DNA of 64,000 nucleotides from an uncultured virus (IMG/VR IMGVR_UViG_3300035422_000248) (taxonomy: Duplodnaviria; Heunggongvirae; Uroviricota; Caudoviricetes), in the IMG/VR virus record IMGVR_UViG_3300035422_000248, positions 1-64,000 of that record. One strand, written 5' to 3'. Every line of letters begins with the position of its first letter. Within the stretch, counting starts at the first letter, position 1. Below the pieces are notes generated by a model that saw nothing but the letters and a program-made list of their open reading frames with translations, had not been told where the DNA came from and made no database searches. Of this stretch, positions 17,870 through 27,353 are shown one piece after another. The translations under genes were made by a program, and so were the position numbers.

Positions 17870-20728
17870 ATGGCGAACAACAAAGAGATTAAATACAATG
17901 GCTATTCAGCACAGCCGTCCGACTACGAATGTCAGGACGGAGACCTCGCTGTCGCAATCAATCTCATTCCCGAAGATGGAGCGTTGAAGCCGGTCCACCC
18001 TCCCAAGTTGGTAAAGGCAATGGGTGATAGTGGCAAGGTCGCTTACGTTCATGAGACCTCTGCCTTTACTCACTATATCCTCTACGGTGATAACTCGCGC
18101 ATTTCCTATCAGAAGAAAGGCAGTTCGGCGGCTCCGCAATCTATTGACACCAGTTATGACTATCTCTTCGGGGTCACGCATTTCAACTCCGTTGGTAATA
18201 CCTTGTTGGCGTTCACCGCTACTGGCATCCATTACTACCTTTGGAAAGACAACGCCTACACCTATCTCGGAGACCATGTGCCGGAGATTGATGTGTCGTT
18301 CGGTCTTATCGGCCGTCCGCGCCTGTTCAGCCAGTGCGATGACAGCAAAAGCACATTCAATATCTCCTTTGACAGCATAGCCGAAGATGCAATCAACAAT
18401 GAGTTCACCGAGAACAACAAGACGCGCATAACCGAACAGGTCATGGCAAAGGTCAATAAGTTTGTGCGTGAGCAGACGGTTGAGAAAGGACGCTTTTGTT
18501 TCCCTTTCTTCGTGCGCTATGCCCTGCGCCTCTTTGACGGCTCACTGGTTAATCACTCCGCACCCATTCTGATGAACCCCTCCACGGCTGCCTGCCCCGT
18601 AGTCTTTTGGAAACATATCCGTGGAAAGAAGAGTTACACCGAGGCAGAACTTGATATTATGATGGTTGCTTCCACGCTTGACTACAAGATACTCTCCACC
18701 TCTGATGCCTACAAACTGGAGAAGTGGAGCGACATTGTTACAGGTATTGAGATATTCATCTCCAAACCGATTTACACTTTCGATCAGAACGGCAAATGCT
18801 CATCGTGGAAAGACACCGACAACTTCTCTACAAAATTCATCGGCAGGCTCTACGCTACCAACAAGACCACAACAAGCACCTCCATTGCCGAAGATAAAGT
18901 AATCGGCGCGTTCACAAGCAAAGAGTTCCTTGACATTTATGCCGAGTGGGAGTATTCACGTATCTACGCAATATTCTTCTCAACTGATAGAACCTACCCC
19001 GGCGAGTCTCTACACCTCCCCGAATTTACCGATGAGAAAGTCACCGAGACTATCCGCAACACCTCCACGTTCTATAAGCTGCGCACCATTGAGACAGCCG
19101 AGGCTATTGCCAATCGCGGTCAGCGCAAGGAACTGGTTATTGAAGATGAGTATTTGCAGTCATTAGTCACACGCGAAGTTATGACCGATGACTATCTCAC
19201 TCACGATATTCTTGCCGCCGAGAGTTCCTACGCCTACAACAATAGGCTCAACCTCTCCGGCGTCTCTCGCAAGCCGTTCCGAGGCTTCTTGGGGCAATCA
19301 ATGTTCGCGTGGTTGACCCACAATTATAGTTGGCAGTTAAGTGGCACAACACTCACAATCTCTCCCAATCCGTTCAGCGGTTGGGAGATGTCGGTCACTG
19401 TCTATCTCAAGGAGAATGGCAAGGACTATGCAGTCAATGCAAGCGATTACTACGCAGGCAATATGTGCCTCTTCCTTTCCTTTGACATGACAGACAGCAA
19501 TGGCAAATCTTTCAAGACTAAACGCTCATGGGGTTGCTACGTTTTCTATCCCAATGTCAATGCCCACAAGATGCTCATCAGCAATTCTACATTCGGCTCG
19601 TATCTGATAACGCTGAAACCGCATGAGTTCCTCAACGGTGCCTACGCCGTACTGGATTATGAAATGGTGCGCGAGATAAACTACACCAACGCTGACCTCC
19701 CTACAATAGGCTACAATCCCTCTACGGTCGTTGAAGATACCTATATCCGGCAGGACAATAAGATTTACACCTCCGAAGTCAATAACCCTTTCTTCTTCCC
19801 TCTGCTCGGTGTCAACACTATCGGGACCGGCAAGATGTTGGGTATCTGCTCGGCGGCAAAGGCTCTTTCGCAGGGTCAGTTCGGTCAGTTCCCTCTTTAC
19901 GCCTTTACCACTGAAGGAGTGTGGGCGTTGGAGGTCTCCGCTACCGGTACATATTCAGCGCGTCAGCCTATCACACGCGATGTCTGCATCAACGCCGAGG
20001 GCATTACTCAACTCGATAGTGCCGTCCTGTTCCCGACCGAACGGGGCATTATGCTCATATCGGGTTCGCAGACACAATGTATCTCCGACACGATCAACTC
20101 CGAATATCCATTTGACGCGCTCTCATTGCCCGGCTTCTCAAAGCTGCACGATATGTTGGGGCATGACCCCACTAACGACAAATGCCTGCCGACACTCCCG
20201 TTTACGGAGTTCTTGAAGCAGTGCCGTATGATTTACGACTACGTCCATCAGCGCGTGATTGTATTCGCCCCCGGCATTACCTATGCCTACGTCTATTCTT
20301 TCAAATCCCAAATGTGGGGCATGACGTTCTCTGACATTGCCTCTCATCTCAACTCCTACCCGGAGGCTCTTGCCGTTGATAATGACAACAACATTGTCAA
20401 CTTCTCGGAGTCTGACGTGGCGCAGGTGAAATGTTTGTCGGTGACGCGCCCTCTCAAACTCGATGCCGTCAATATCCATAAGACTATTGAGAGTATCATT
20501 CAGCGTGGCAATTTCGCCAAAGGACACGTGCAGTCCGTCCTCTTCGGCTCGCGTGATCTCATCAACTGGCACATGATTTGGTCTTCAAAAGACCATTTCC
20601 TCCGCGGCTTCCGTGGCACGCCTTACAAATATTTCCGCGTGGCTCTCCTCTGCAATCTCGCGCCGGGTGAGAGTATCTTCGGAGCGTCCGTGCAGTTCAC
20701 GCCACGCCTAACCAACCAACCCCGATAA
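17870..20728 (+). CDS. Putative tail/head-stabilisation structural protein
   Basis: 952 aa, beta-rich; IYTSEVNNPF and ALSQGQFGQFPLYAFT motifs; convergent with the adaptor genes. Confidence 0.65.
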   Translation: MANNKEIKYNGYSAQPSDYECQDGDLAVAINLIPEDGALKPVHPPKLVKAMGDSGKVAYVHETSAFTHYILYGDNSRISYQKKGSSAAPQSIDTSYDYLFGVTHFNSVGNTLLAFTATGIHYYLWKDNAYTYLGDHVPEIDVSFGLIGRPRLFSQCDDSKSTFNISFDSIAEDAINNEFTENNKTRITEQVMAKVNKFVREQTVEKGRFCFPFFVRYALRLFDGSLVNHSAPILMNPSTAACPVVFWKHIRGKKSYTEAELDIMMVASTLDYKILSTSDAYKLEKWSDIVTGIEIFISKPIYTFDQNGKCSSWKDTDNFSTKFIGRLYATNKTTTSTSIAEDKVIGAFTSKEFLDIYAEWEYSRIYAIFFSTDRTYPGESLHLPEFTDEKVTETIRNTSTFYKLRTIETAEAIANRGQRKELVIEDEYLQSLVTREVMTDDYLTHDILAAESSYAYNNRLNLSGVSRKPFRGFLGQSMFAWLTHNYSWQLSGTTLTISPNPFSGWEMSVTVYLKENGKDYAVNASDYYAGNMCLFLSFDMTDSNGKSFKTKRSWGCYVFYPNVNAHKMLISNSTFGSYLITLKPHEFLNGAYAVLDYEMVREINYTNADLPTIGYNPSTVVEDTYIRQDNKIYTSEVNNPFFFPLLGVNTIGTGKMLGICSAAKALSQGQFGQFPLYAFTTEGVWALEVSATGTYSARQPITRDVCINAEGITQLDSAVLFPTERGIMLISGSQTQCISDTINSEYPFDALSLPGFSKLHDMLGHDPTNDKCLPTLPFTEFLKQCRMIYDYVHQRVIVFAPGITYAYVYSFKSQMWGMTFSDIASHLNSYPEALAVDNDNNIVNFSESDVAQVKCLSVTRPLKLDAVNIHKTIESIIQRGNFAKGHVQSVLFGSRDLINWHMIWSSKDHFLRGFRGTPYKYFRVALLCNLAPGESIFGASVQFTPRLTNQPR

Positions 20729-20759
20729 CTCATGTACTTTAACATATCTATTGTAAGAG

Positions 20760-20794
20760 AAGAGCCGCCATGCGTGATGCACAGCGGCTCTTTT
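20760..20794. terminator. Intrinsic terminator between convergent genes
   Basis: AAGAGCCGC...GCGGCTCTTTT hairpin. Confidence 0.75.
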
Positions 20795-20813
20795 GATTAG
20801 GTTGGGGATTATT

Positions 20814-21338
20814 TCAGAACGGTGCCAGTCTCCTGCGCTTCCGCGACATTCGGGTGCTTACATTCACCCTTATCTCGCTCTCCGCTTCACTGGCTTTCGC
20901 TTTCCATATCTCCGCTTTCGCGGTGTTGGTGATGCTCATCCAGTCGGCTACCGCCTCGCACACAAGATACTCGTGTATCAGTTTCTCCAAGAGTTGGAGC
21001 GTAGTCTGTGAGTAGGTTGCAGGCACTTTCAACACAATCCCATACACACCCGGCTCTCGCAGTTTATCATCAAGCACCGAGCGGCGGATTTCTCGTTTCG
21101 TGTAAGGATAGAGAAATTCCTTACACTTCGCTACTCTCAAGTCAAGCACTCGCGTTACACGGTCCACATTCCCGGTTTCCCCCACGTCCTGCACCATGTG
21201 GCGGTTGTGGTTGCTTTCCGTGTCCATGACGCTACCCTCTATAAAGGCATAATTCTTTATGTCATATAGAAGTTCCTCGCGCTTGAACATTAGCACGGCA
21301 ACGCGAGTGCCGTTGTCATCATCTAAAAAGCAACTCAT
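20814..21338 (-). CDS. Putative head-tail adaptor/ring protein (paralog 3)
   Basis: ELLYDIKN...IHEYLVCEAVADW, basic C-terminus. Confidence 0.6.
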   Translation of the reverse strand: MSCFLDDDNGTRVAVLMFKREELLYDIKNYAFIEGSVMDTESNHNRHMVQDVGETGNVDRVTRVLDLRVAKCKEFLYPYTKREIRRSVLDDKLREPGVYGIVLKVPATYSQTTLQLLEKLIHEYLVCEAVADWMSITNTAKAEIWKAKASEAESEIRVNVSTRMSRKRRRLAPF

Positions 21339-21350
21339 TGTCGGTAGGGT

Positions 21351-21866
21351 TTAGGGATTGTCGGAGGGGCGCACGGGGCGACTGCGCTTGCTCACGGTCT
21401 GACGGATCAGTTCCATGTTCTTGTTAGCAAGAGCATAATACTGGTCTGCGTCAGCCTTGTTGGTGACGGTGTACCAGTCGGCGATAGCCGTATTGGCGAG
21501 ATAAGCGTGTACTGCTTCGCCTACGCCGGTGGTCGCAGCTTCGTTGAAGTTGCTCGGCATGGTGAGGTTCAGCACAAGGTCGGTGCTTCCGTCATAGTGG
21601 CTGTTGTCAGTGGTCGTGCCGTTTTCGTTCAGATACTCGCCCAGTTCGGTCTGCACCTCTGCAAACGCACGCTTCACCGAACGGAGTATCTTCTCGCGGT
21701 TTTCCTCATCTTCAGAGGCAAACATACTGGCAACCTCCTTGTGGTTGTCCTTGTTCTGAATGGTACGTCCGCGCAGGAACGTCTCATTCATGATGTCATA
21801 CAGCAACCACGAGATTTTGATGGTGGCGGTTACGTTTTTCTTCGCGCCTAATGTTGGTGTGGGCAT
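21351..21866 (-). CDS. Putative head-tail adaptor/ring protein (paralog 2)
   Basis: WLLYDIMN...VHAYLANTAIADWY, SKRSRPVRP C-terminus. Confidence 0.6.
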   Translation of the reverse strand: MPTPTLGAKKNVTATIKISWLLYDIMNETFLRGRTIQNKDNHKEVASMFASEDEENREKILRSVKRAFAEVQTELGEYLNENGTTTDNSHYDGSTDLVLNLTMPSNFNEAATTGVGEAVHAYLANTAIADWYTVTNKADADQYYALANKNMELIRQTVSKRSRPVRPSDNP

Positions 21867-21891
21867 GATAATTTAATATTTGTTGTTATAA

Positions 21892-22470
21892 TCAGTCGTT
21901 TGGTCGGGTTGGCTTCCGGCGGCTGTAAAGCAATCTCTCAGCGGTCTCAAGCATTTCCGAAGCCTGCATGAAGTAATCTTTGGCTTCTCCCTTATTGGCA
22001 AACTTAAACCATTGTCCGATGATCGAAGCGATGAAGAAACTGCGTAGAGTGGACTGTACGCTTGCCGTCAGTGTCTTGTCAAATGACTTGCTAACCTCAA
22101 TCACCGCTTCGTAGCCGGGCTTGCTCAACGCTCCGCTAATCGCAGGGGGAATGGCTACTGACTGCACCGCAATGTCGGGGTTGAACGGCTGAACTGGCTC
22201 TACCGGGGGCAGTATCGGGTCAATCAGTGCGGGCGTATCTGTGATTTGCTTTGTCTTGCCCGAAACGAGCATCTCCTTGAAATTCTCGTTGGTGGCAAGC
22301 ACTGACTCCTCCCAAAACCTGCCCAGTTCGGCGAGGTCATCATCAGCCGCGAGTATGCGGTCGCGTGCGTTCTCATCGCCGTCTATCAGTTTTGAACCTG
22401 TGTAGTCGGTAGCTTTTGCTACTTCCGCATAAACGTCGGCCTGGAATATTTGAATGGTGATTGTTTCCAT
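21892..22470 (-). CDS. Putative head-tail adaptor/ring protein (paralog 1)
   Basis: Start re-assigned to METITIQ; LRSFFIASIIGQWF, SRRKPTRP C-terminus. Confidence 0.6.
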   Translation of the reverse strand: METITIQIFQADVYAEVAKATDYTGSKLIDGDENARDRILAADDDLAELGRFWEESVLATNENFKEMLVSGKTKQITDTPALIDPILPPVEPVQPFNPDIAVQSVAIPPAISGALSKPGYEAVIEVSKSFDKTLTASVQSTLRSFFIASIIGQWFKFANKGEAKDYFMQASEMLETAERLLYSRRKPTRPND

Positions 22471-23066
22471 CAGAAAGATATGATTGAATACGTTATGCTG
22501 ACCCCGAAATATGGCTGAAAGCCTTGTGGAGTATAGCCGTAGCCTATTGTCGGGCCAATGTGCCACCGCTTGGGAGGTTTCCATTCGCGCTTCGTGATGA
22601 GCGTTGTCGGGATAAACACTCTCACGCTGTCGAGCCGTGGGTCTATCGGGCCGCTCACCCATGCCTCGTATGTGCTGTCGGCATAGTGGCGTTGGATAAT
22701 GGGCAGCTCCACGATTGCACTGTCATTGCTACATCGTGGTTCGCCTCCTGCGCCGGTGCCGTAATGGGTTGAGGTTATCAGAGTGTCAACACAAAGGCTG
22801 TCCGGCGCGCTCCATTGTCGCGGTTCTCCACCTGCCCCCACGCCGATAAAGTAATACTTCGGCAGGGTGTAAGTGCGCGTGCCTAACGCAATTTCCGACT
22901 GCGGTGTCGGCGCGATATAGGGAATGGTGTCATACACGGTTAACGTGTCGGTCACACACTCCGTAAAGTCGGGGATATTGCCGGGGGGTGACTGGCATTT
23001 GTGGAGCATCGCGCCTGCTATGAGGCCCGCTGTCACGACAAGCAGGAGTTTCAGATTTTCTTTCAT
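22470..23066 (-). CDS. Lysis-cassette membrane protein (spanin-like, DUF6808-like)
   Basis: N-terminal TM; YEAWVSG..PRLDS; C-terminal beta-hairpin PYFGVSITYSIISF; follows the endolysin. Confidence 0.65.
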   Translation of the reverse strand: MKENLKLLLVVTAGLIAGAMLHKCQSPPGNIPDFTECVTDTLTVYDTIPYIAPTPQSEIALGTRTYTLPKYYFIGVGAGGEPRQWSAPDSLCVDTLITSTHYGTGAGGEPRCSNDSAIVELPIIQRHYADSTYEAWVSGPIDPRLDSVRVFIPTTLITKREWKPPKRWHIGPTIGYGYTPQGFQPYFGVSITYSIISF

Positions 23067-23074
23067 GAGGATTA

Positions 23075-23764
23075 TTACTTGAAGTTCTTAAATTCGGTTC
23101 GTGCGTCAAAACTGGGGCAGGCTTTCGCCGCGAAGTCGCGGTGTCCGTAAACTTCGGGATTGCCGTATTTCCCTTTCAGTTCTCTCACAAGTTTGTTGAT
23201 AGAGGCTTTCTGCGCTTCGGTGCGCGTGTCCTTTCCCTGCTTGTTCCAGTCCTTGACCGAACGCGCCGGGCAACCGCCGATATAGCAAATGCCTATGGAG
23301 TCGTAGTTGTGGTTACTGGTGTGGCAACCTCTCACATTCTCCGGGCGGCACCTCACTATCGTTCCGTCACGCTTGATGATGTAGTGATAGCCGATGTAGT
23401 GCTTCTCTTTCGTGTCGGGGTCGATATAGTATGAGAAGTTCCGCGCCTTGTGCGAGTGGTCTATGGTGTCAATGGAATAATCCTCACCCTCCGGGGTTGC
23501 GGAGCAATGCAGGATTATCTTCTTGATAGTGCGGCCGCCGGGCGTGACTTCATCTGCTGTCTCGTAGCCGAGTTTGCTCCACGTCTTTGCGCCTGCAATG
23601 CCGTCCACCGACAAGTCATTGTGTTTCTGAAAATCCTTGACAGCCGCTTCGGTCTTTTTCCCGAACACGCCGTCAACTGTCAGTCCGTAGGGGCAGGCTT
23701 TGTTCAGAGCCGTTTGCAGGGTTTTTACCTCTGCGCCCTTGCTTCCTAATTTCAGTGTTGTCAT
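23075..23764 (-). CDS. Endolysin: peptidoglycan-binding domain plus N-acetylmuramoyl-L-alanine amidase
   Basis: LKLGSKGAEVKTLQ/DGVFGKKT PG-binding domain; IILHCSAT, IGYHY, SIGICYIGG, GHRD..KACPSF. Confidence 0.92.
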   Translation of the reverse strand: MTTLKLGSKGAEVKTLQTALNKACPYGLTVDGVFGKKTEAAVKDFQKHNDLSVDGIAGAKTWSKLGYETADEVTPGGRTIKKIILHCSATPEGEDYSIDTIDHSHKARNFSYYIDPDTKEKHYIGYHYIIKRDGTIVRCRPENVRGCHTSNHNYDSIGICYIGGCPARSVKDWNKQGKDTRTEAQKASINKLVRELKGKYGNPEVYGHRDFAAKACPSFDARTEFKNFK

Positions 23765-23767
23765 ATC

Positions 23768-24220
23768 TTAGTCCTTTGCTGTTGAGGGGTTGTTGTCGGT
23801 GCAGATAAGGTCAAGTATCCGTTTGGCTTCCTTCTTATCCGCGGCCGCGATAATGTCATTGATGATTTTGGGCAGTTCGGTCATGTGGCTCTTCCTGCGG
23901 TTGGCGTGTTCAAACATACTCTTCGCTTCAACCACTATCAGACCGGCCCCGAAAAGCACAGCCACAAACGGCAGGATGTAGAACGAAAAGAAAATGCCGA
24001 GGCAGTCCACCAAAAAGCCAATCATTATGAACCTCCAATACTCGCTCATCTTCCCGATCGTCACGCGGAGTTTATGCGAGTGGACGCGCTGATTGGTTTT
24101 CTTCGCCGTGTGTACTCCGTCCCATAAGTCAAGCATAATGGCAGATATTACCAGTATGCACACGGCAAGGAAGATGCCGAGGAACAGGTAGAGTTTTTCA
24201 AGTGAAATGATTGTGTCCAT
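23768..24220 (-). CDS. Holin
   Basis: Three hydrophobic segments, directly upstream of the endolysin; start re-assigned to MDTII. Confidence 0.75.
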   Translation of the reverse strand: MDTIISLEKLYLFLGIFLAVCILVISAIMLDLWDGVHTAKKTNQRVHSHKLRVTIGKMSEYWRFIMIGFLVDCLGIFFSFYILPFVAVLFGAGLIVVEAKSMFEHANRRKSHMTELPKIINDIIAAADKKEAKRILDLICTDNNPSTAKD

Positions 24221-24241
24221 TATAAAAATATCTTTGGTTTG

Positions 24242-24290
24242 GCGCAAAGTTACCGATAGCCTGCGCCTCGCTCTCTTTAACTTTTGTGAC
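24242..24290 (-). promoter_or_regulatory. Late-promoter motif, copy 2 (lysis/adaptor operon)
   Basis: Minus strand GTCACAAAAGTTAAA-N22-GTAACTTTGCGC. Confidence 0.7.
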
Positions 24291-24299
24291 ACTTACCCA

Positions 24300-24328
24300 C
24301 ACGGCGCAAGATTGCTCCTGCGCCGTGC
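24300..24328 (-). terminator. Hairpin after the tail/DGR operon
   Basis: CACGGCGCA...TGCGCCGTG stem. Confidence 0.5.
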
Positions 24329-24334
24329 CTGCTG

Positions 24335-24808
24335 TCAGCAAAGAATGTAGATGAGTGAGGCGTAAAGGTTATAGAGCAGTCCTGCCTCAACCCAAAAGAG
24401 AATGTGCCTGCGGTCAAGTATGGCGATTACTGCCCCTGCGATGGCTATGTATGGCACACCTGTTGTCAGTATCAGCCATAGCGTAGCCGACAATCCGAGC
24501 GTCAGCGCGGCTCCGTAGTGTACCTGCTTTGTCAGTTCCTCTTTGAACGCAGGGGCGGCCGCTACAAACAATATGGATGCCACGATGAGGAACGCCACGA
24601 ACTGGTATCTCTCGGGCGTGATGTTGAGCAGTGGCACGAGTGCCAGCACTCCCGACACTCCCGTGCAGACCGGGAAGAGCCATTTGCACTCTGTTCGGTA
24701 ATAGGTGTCGCTGATTGAGCAAGGCACACCTTGATTGAGTATGTAGGCTGTCAGATACAGCGACATGATGATGCACGACAGCGTGACTGCGATTAGTTCT
24801 AAAATCAT
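24335..24808 (-). CDS. Multi-pass membrane protein
   Basis: About 5 hydrophobic helices; PCSISDTYY motif. Confidence 0.75.
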   Translation of the reverse strand: MILELIAVTLSCIIMSLYLTAYILNQGVPCSISDTYYRTECKWLFPVCTGVSGVLALVPLLNITPERYQFVAFLIVASILFVAAAPAFKEELTKQVHYGAALTLGLSATLWLILTTGVPYIAIAGAVIAILDRRHILFWVEAGLLYNLYASLIYILC

Positions 24809-24815
24809 GATGATG

Positions 24816-25310
24816 TTACTTTTCGGTTGTGTAGATTTCTAAATTGAGTTCGTTGATTTCGTTCCACTCGGCTTTTGCCACGGCGGTCTTGTGAGCTGCG
24901 ATGAGCGCGGCCACTTCTCCGATCTCCTCTGCGGTGCTGAACGTGTAGATTGACGGAGTGCCGTCCTCCGATGAGCCGAGGTTTATCTCGATAGGCAACT
25001 GCACGAAACCTGCCTGCATCCCGACAATGATGCCTGTTAGGTCGCTTTTCCGCTCCTCAGTGTATTCCACTGGCAAGCCGTTCCACTGCAAGCCGTAGCG
25101 CAGGCGGTGTGCGCTCTCCTCCTTGATTGCGCCCACAATCTCCTCCTTGATTTCTTCAAGGCTCGGACGCCGGGCGTATCGCTTGCGCCAGTTCCACCCT
25201 GTGGAGTCTGCCTCGTTGTCTTTGCCGAAGCCATAGATTAACTCCCACTTGTTGCGGCCTATCTTATACAGCCCGTCCTGCCGCACAGGGCTTCCATATA
25301 CCTTTTCCAT
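24816..25310 (-). CDS. Hypothetical protein, possibly a DUF4376-like tail-fibre assembly factor
   Basis: RPSLEEIKEEI...GLQWNGLPV; downstream of the RT in the tail operon. Confidence 0.55.
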   Translation of the reverse strand: MEKVYGSPVRQDGLYKIGRNKWELIYGFGKDNEADSTGWNWRKRYARRPSLEEIKEEIVGAIKEESAHRLRYGLQWNGLPVEYTEERKSDLTGIIVGMQAGFVQLPIEINLGSSEDGTPSIYTFSTAEEIGEVAALIAAHKTAVAKAEWNEINELNLEIYTTEK

Positions 25311-26969
25311 TACACGTAGGGATTGATGTTGAGATTTAGGGTTCTGAAGATGTAAGCGACCTCTTCATCCGAGGGAGGGGTCACGTTGATTGTTGATGCG
25401 TCAACAAAGTTGGTTTTCGGGTACTGCCCGGAGTAGTCCACCGTGATGCCGACAAAGAACGGCAAACCTCTCTGAGCGTCTATCTCTTCAAGGATTTGCC
25501 ACAACTCTTGGTCTCCGGTCCACATCTTGTAGAGTTCGCCGTTGTGGATGAGTTGGATTTAGATACTTGCTCTTCGGCTTCGGCACTAACGACAAGTCCA
25601 CGCCCTGCGCCGATGCGGCCTCACAACGGCGTTGATACTCTTCTCTCTCTCGCTTGGGTATCATTTCACGTTCAAAGTCATACACGATGATACCCTTGTG
25701 GTCTAACTCTCTTCCGCTGATGCGTTTGCCCTTGAAGTTCTTTTTGCCGTCAAAGGAGAGTTTCTTGACTTTGAAGTTTCCGAACTGTTTCATTTTTCTC
25801 TTGTGCTTTAGTTTCTTGTATTCTTGGGGTGTGAGTAACGTCTTTAACAAGTGCCTGCAATCGGCGTGAGCGGCCATGCCGAAGAATGAACCGATGAGCG
25901 ACTGCCTGCGTTTGCGTGATTTTACGCGACTGAGACGGCGTGCGAATTTCTGCTTCGTGCGTTTCCTTATCCGCGAGTACACAACTCTCTCGCCCTTGCT
26001 GTCATCAACAAAGGTGTTATAGCCGAGATAGTCTATTCCCTCGGTCAGCGGTCTCACCGCCTCGCTCGGCTTTATCTCCAATCCCAGTTCAGCGAGTAGT
26101 GTTGTCAGATAGTCGCGCAGCTTCCACAATCCTTTCTTGTCCGTACCGAGTATGACAATGTCATCGCAGTATCGGTAGTAGTGATAACGTACTTCTTTGC
26201 CATTGGCGATTATTGTCACCTCGCCTTTTACAACGACTTGGCTTTCGGTCGATACATCGCGCGGTGTCTCAACCAAATGGTATTCCACAACCTCGCACAT
26301 CTTATGGTCTATGACATTCAGATGCAGGTTAGCGAGGCATTGTGATGAGCGCAATCCTTTTGAGAGTCCGCGCTTCATTAGAGTGATGAAGTTGTCAAGC
26401 ATTTTCAGAGCAAGAGGGTCGCTGATGTACTCTCTGATTTGCTTCTTCATAATATCTTGACTGATGTGGTCGTAGTAGCCGCGGATGTCACACTGATAGA
26501 AATACAGCGTCTCAGCCGATGCCAACAAGTCCTCTTCAAGAATGTCATGCAACCAGTGCATACCACGCCCTTTGATGCTCGCGGCCGTGTTCGTGATGAG
26601 TGTGGGATACAACCTGCGCTCCACCGGTACCATTACAGCGTGGCAACCGACACGATGATACACCAGCGGACACTGAACAATCCTTTTCTTCGGACCGTCC
26701 TCCACCTCCATTTCTCTGATGTCTTTCGGGGTTATCACAAAATCCCCCGTTTTTAATTGCTTCTGCAACGCCTTGCAGTAGCAAGCCTTTTTAGGCCTCA
26801 TGTTTTCCCTTTGTTCCGCGCACTCAAGATGGTCTATGACGTAATCAAAACTTTCGGATATGTTGACCGCGTCCGCAATCTCATCTATGATATTACGGAT
26901 CGGGAATGTAGTCTTGGCAAGTATGCTGTCCGCTACATCGGTCATATATGGAATGTCATTCTCTTTCAT
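25310..26969 (-). CDS. DGR reverse transcriptase with a C-terminal extension; +1 frameshift near 25558-25560
   Basis: CDIRGYYDHI, KGLRSSQCLAN (DGR GxxxSQ), YRYCDD, GIDYLGY; start re-assigned to MKENDIPY (ORF track 25488..27053); removing one A joins it to ORF 25310..25525. Confidence 0.92.
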
Positions 26970-27126
26970 AAAGCCTTCAGGCGCTTCAGTGATGTTCCGG
27001 CTTTCTTCCTTGCGGAGAGGGTTGCCGAGGCTCGCGTTCCTCGCAGATTGCATTACCCAACTCGTGGGCGGTGCAGGGTCATACGATTATGATGTCCAAA
27101 GGGGCAAATATTTTGCGTCTTAATGT

Positions 27127-27237
27127 GAGCCGAGAGCCGTTGTTCGTGTTCGAGTTCGAAGAAACGTTGTTCGCGTTCGCATAAACGAGACCGCCATTCG
27201 CATTCGCATTGTTGTTCGCACGACCAACCACACGGCA
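27127..27237 (-). ncRNA. DGR template repeat (TR)
   Basis: 111 nt with 12 AAC/AAT codons and 26 adenines, between target and RT; 3' flank ACATTAA (IMH*) versus GCCTTCA in both VRs. Confidence 0.95.
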
Positions 27238-27319
27238 CCGGGGAACACTCTACCTTTTTCGCCACCGCTTACGGGTGAACGTGTTTCGTTAAACTTCCGT
27301 TAATTATCTCTTGGGTTGA

Positions 27320-27345
27320 CCCCGACCGCCTGCAAGCGGTCGGGG
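27320..27345 (-). other. Hairpin/cruciform downstream of VR1
   Basis: CCCCGACCGC-CTGCAA-GCGGTCGGGG perfect 10-bp stem just after the target stop codon. Confidence 0.75.
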
Positions 27346-27353
27346 AATGATAG

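Noticed and set aside
25488..27053. RT as a group II intron, retron or Abi RT
   Set aside because: GxxxSQ motif plus an adjacent TR/VR pair with adenine-only mismatches identify a DGR
27053..27265. 70-aa ORF MAKKVECSPVPCGWSCEQQ...
   Set aside because: Off-frame translation of the TR; not an Avd-like helical protein
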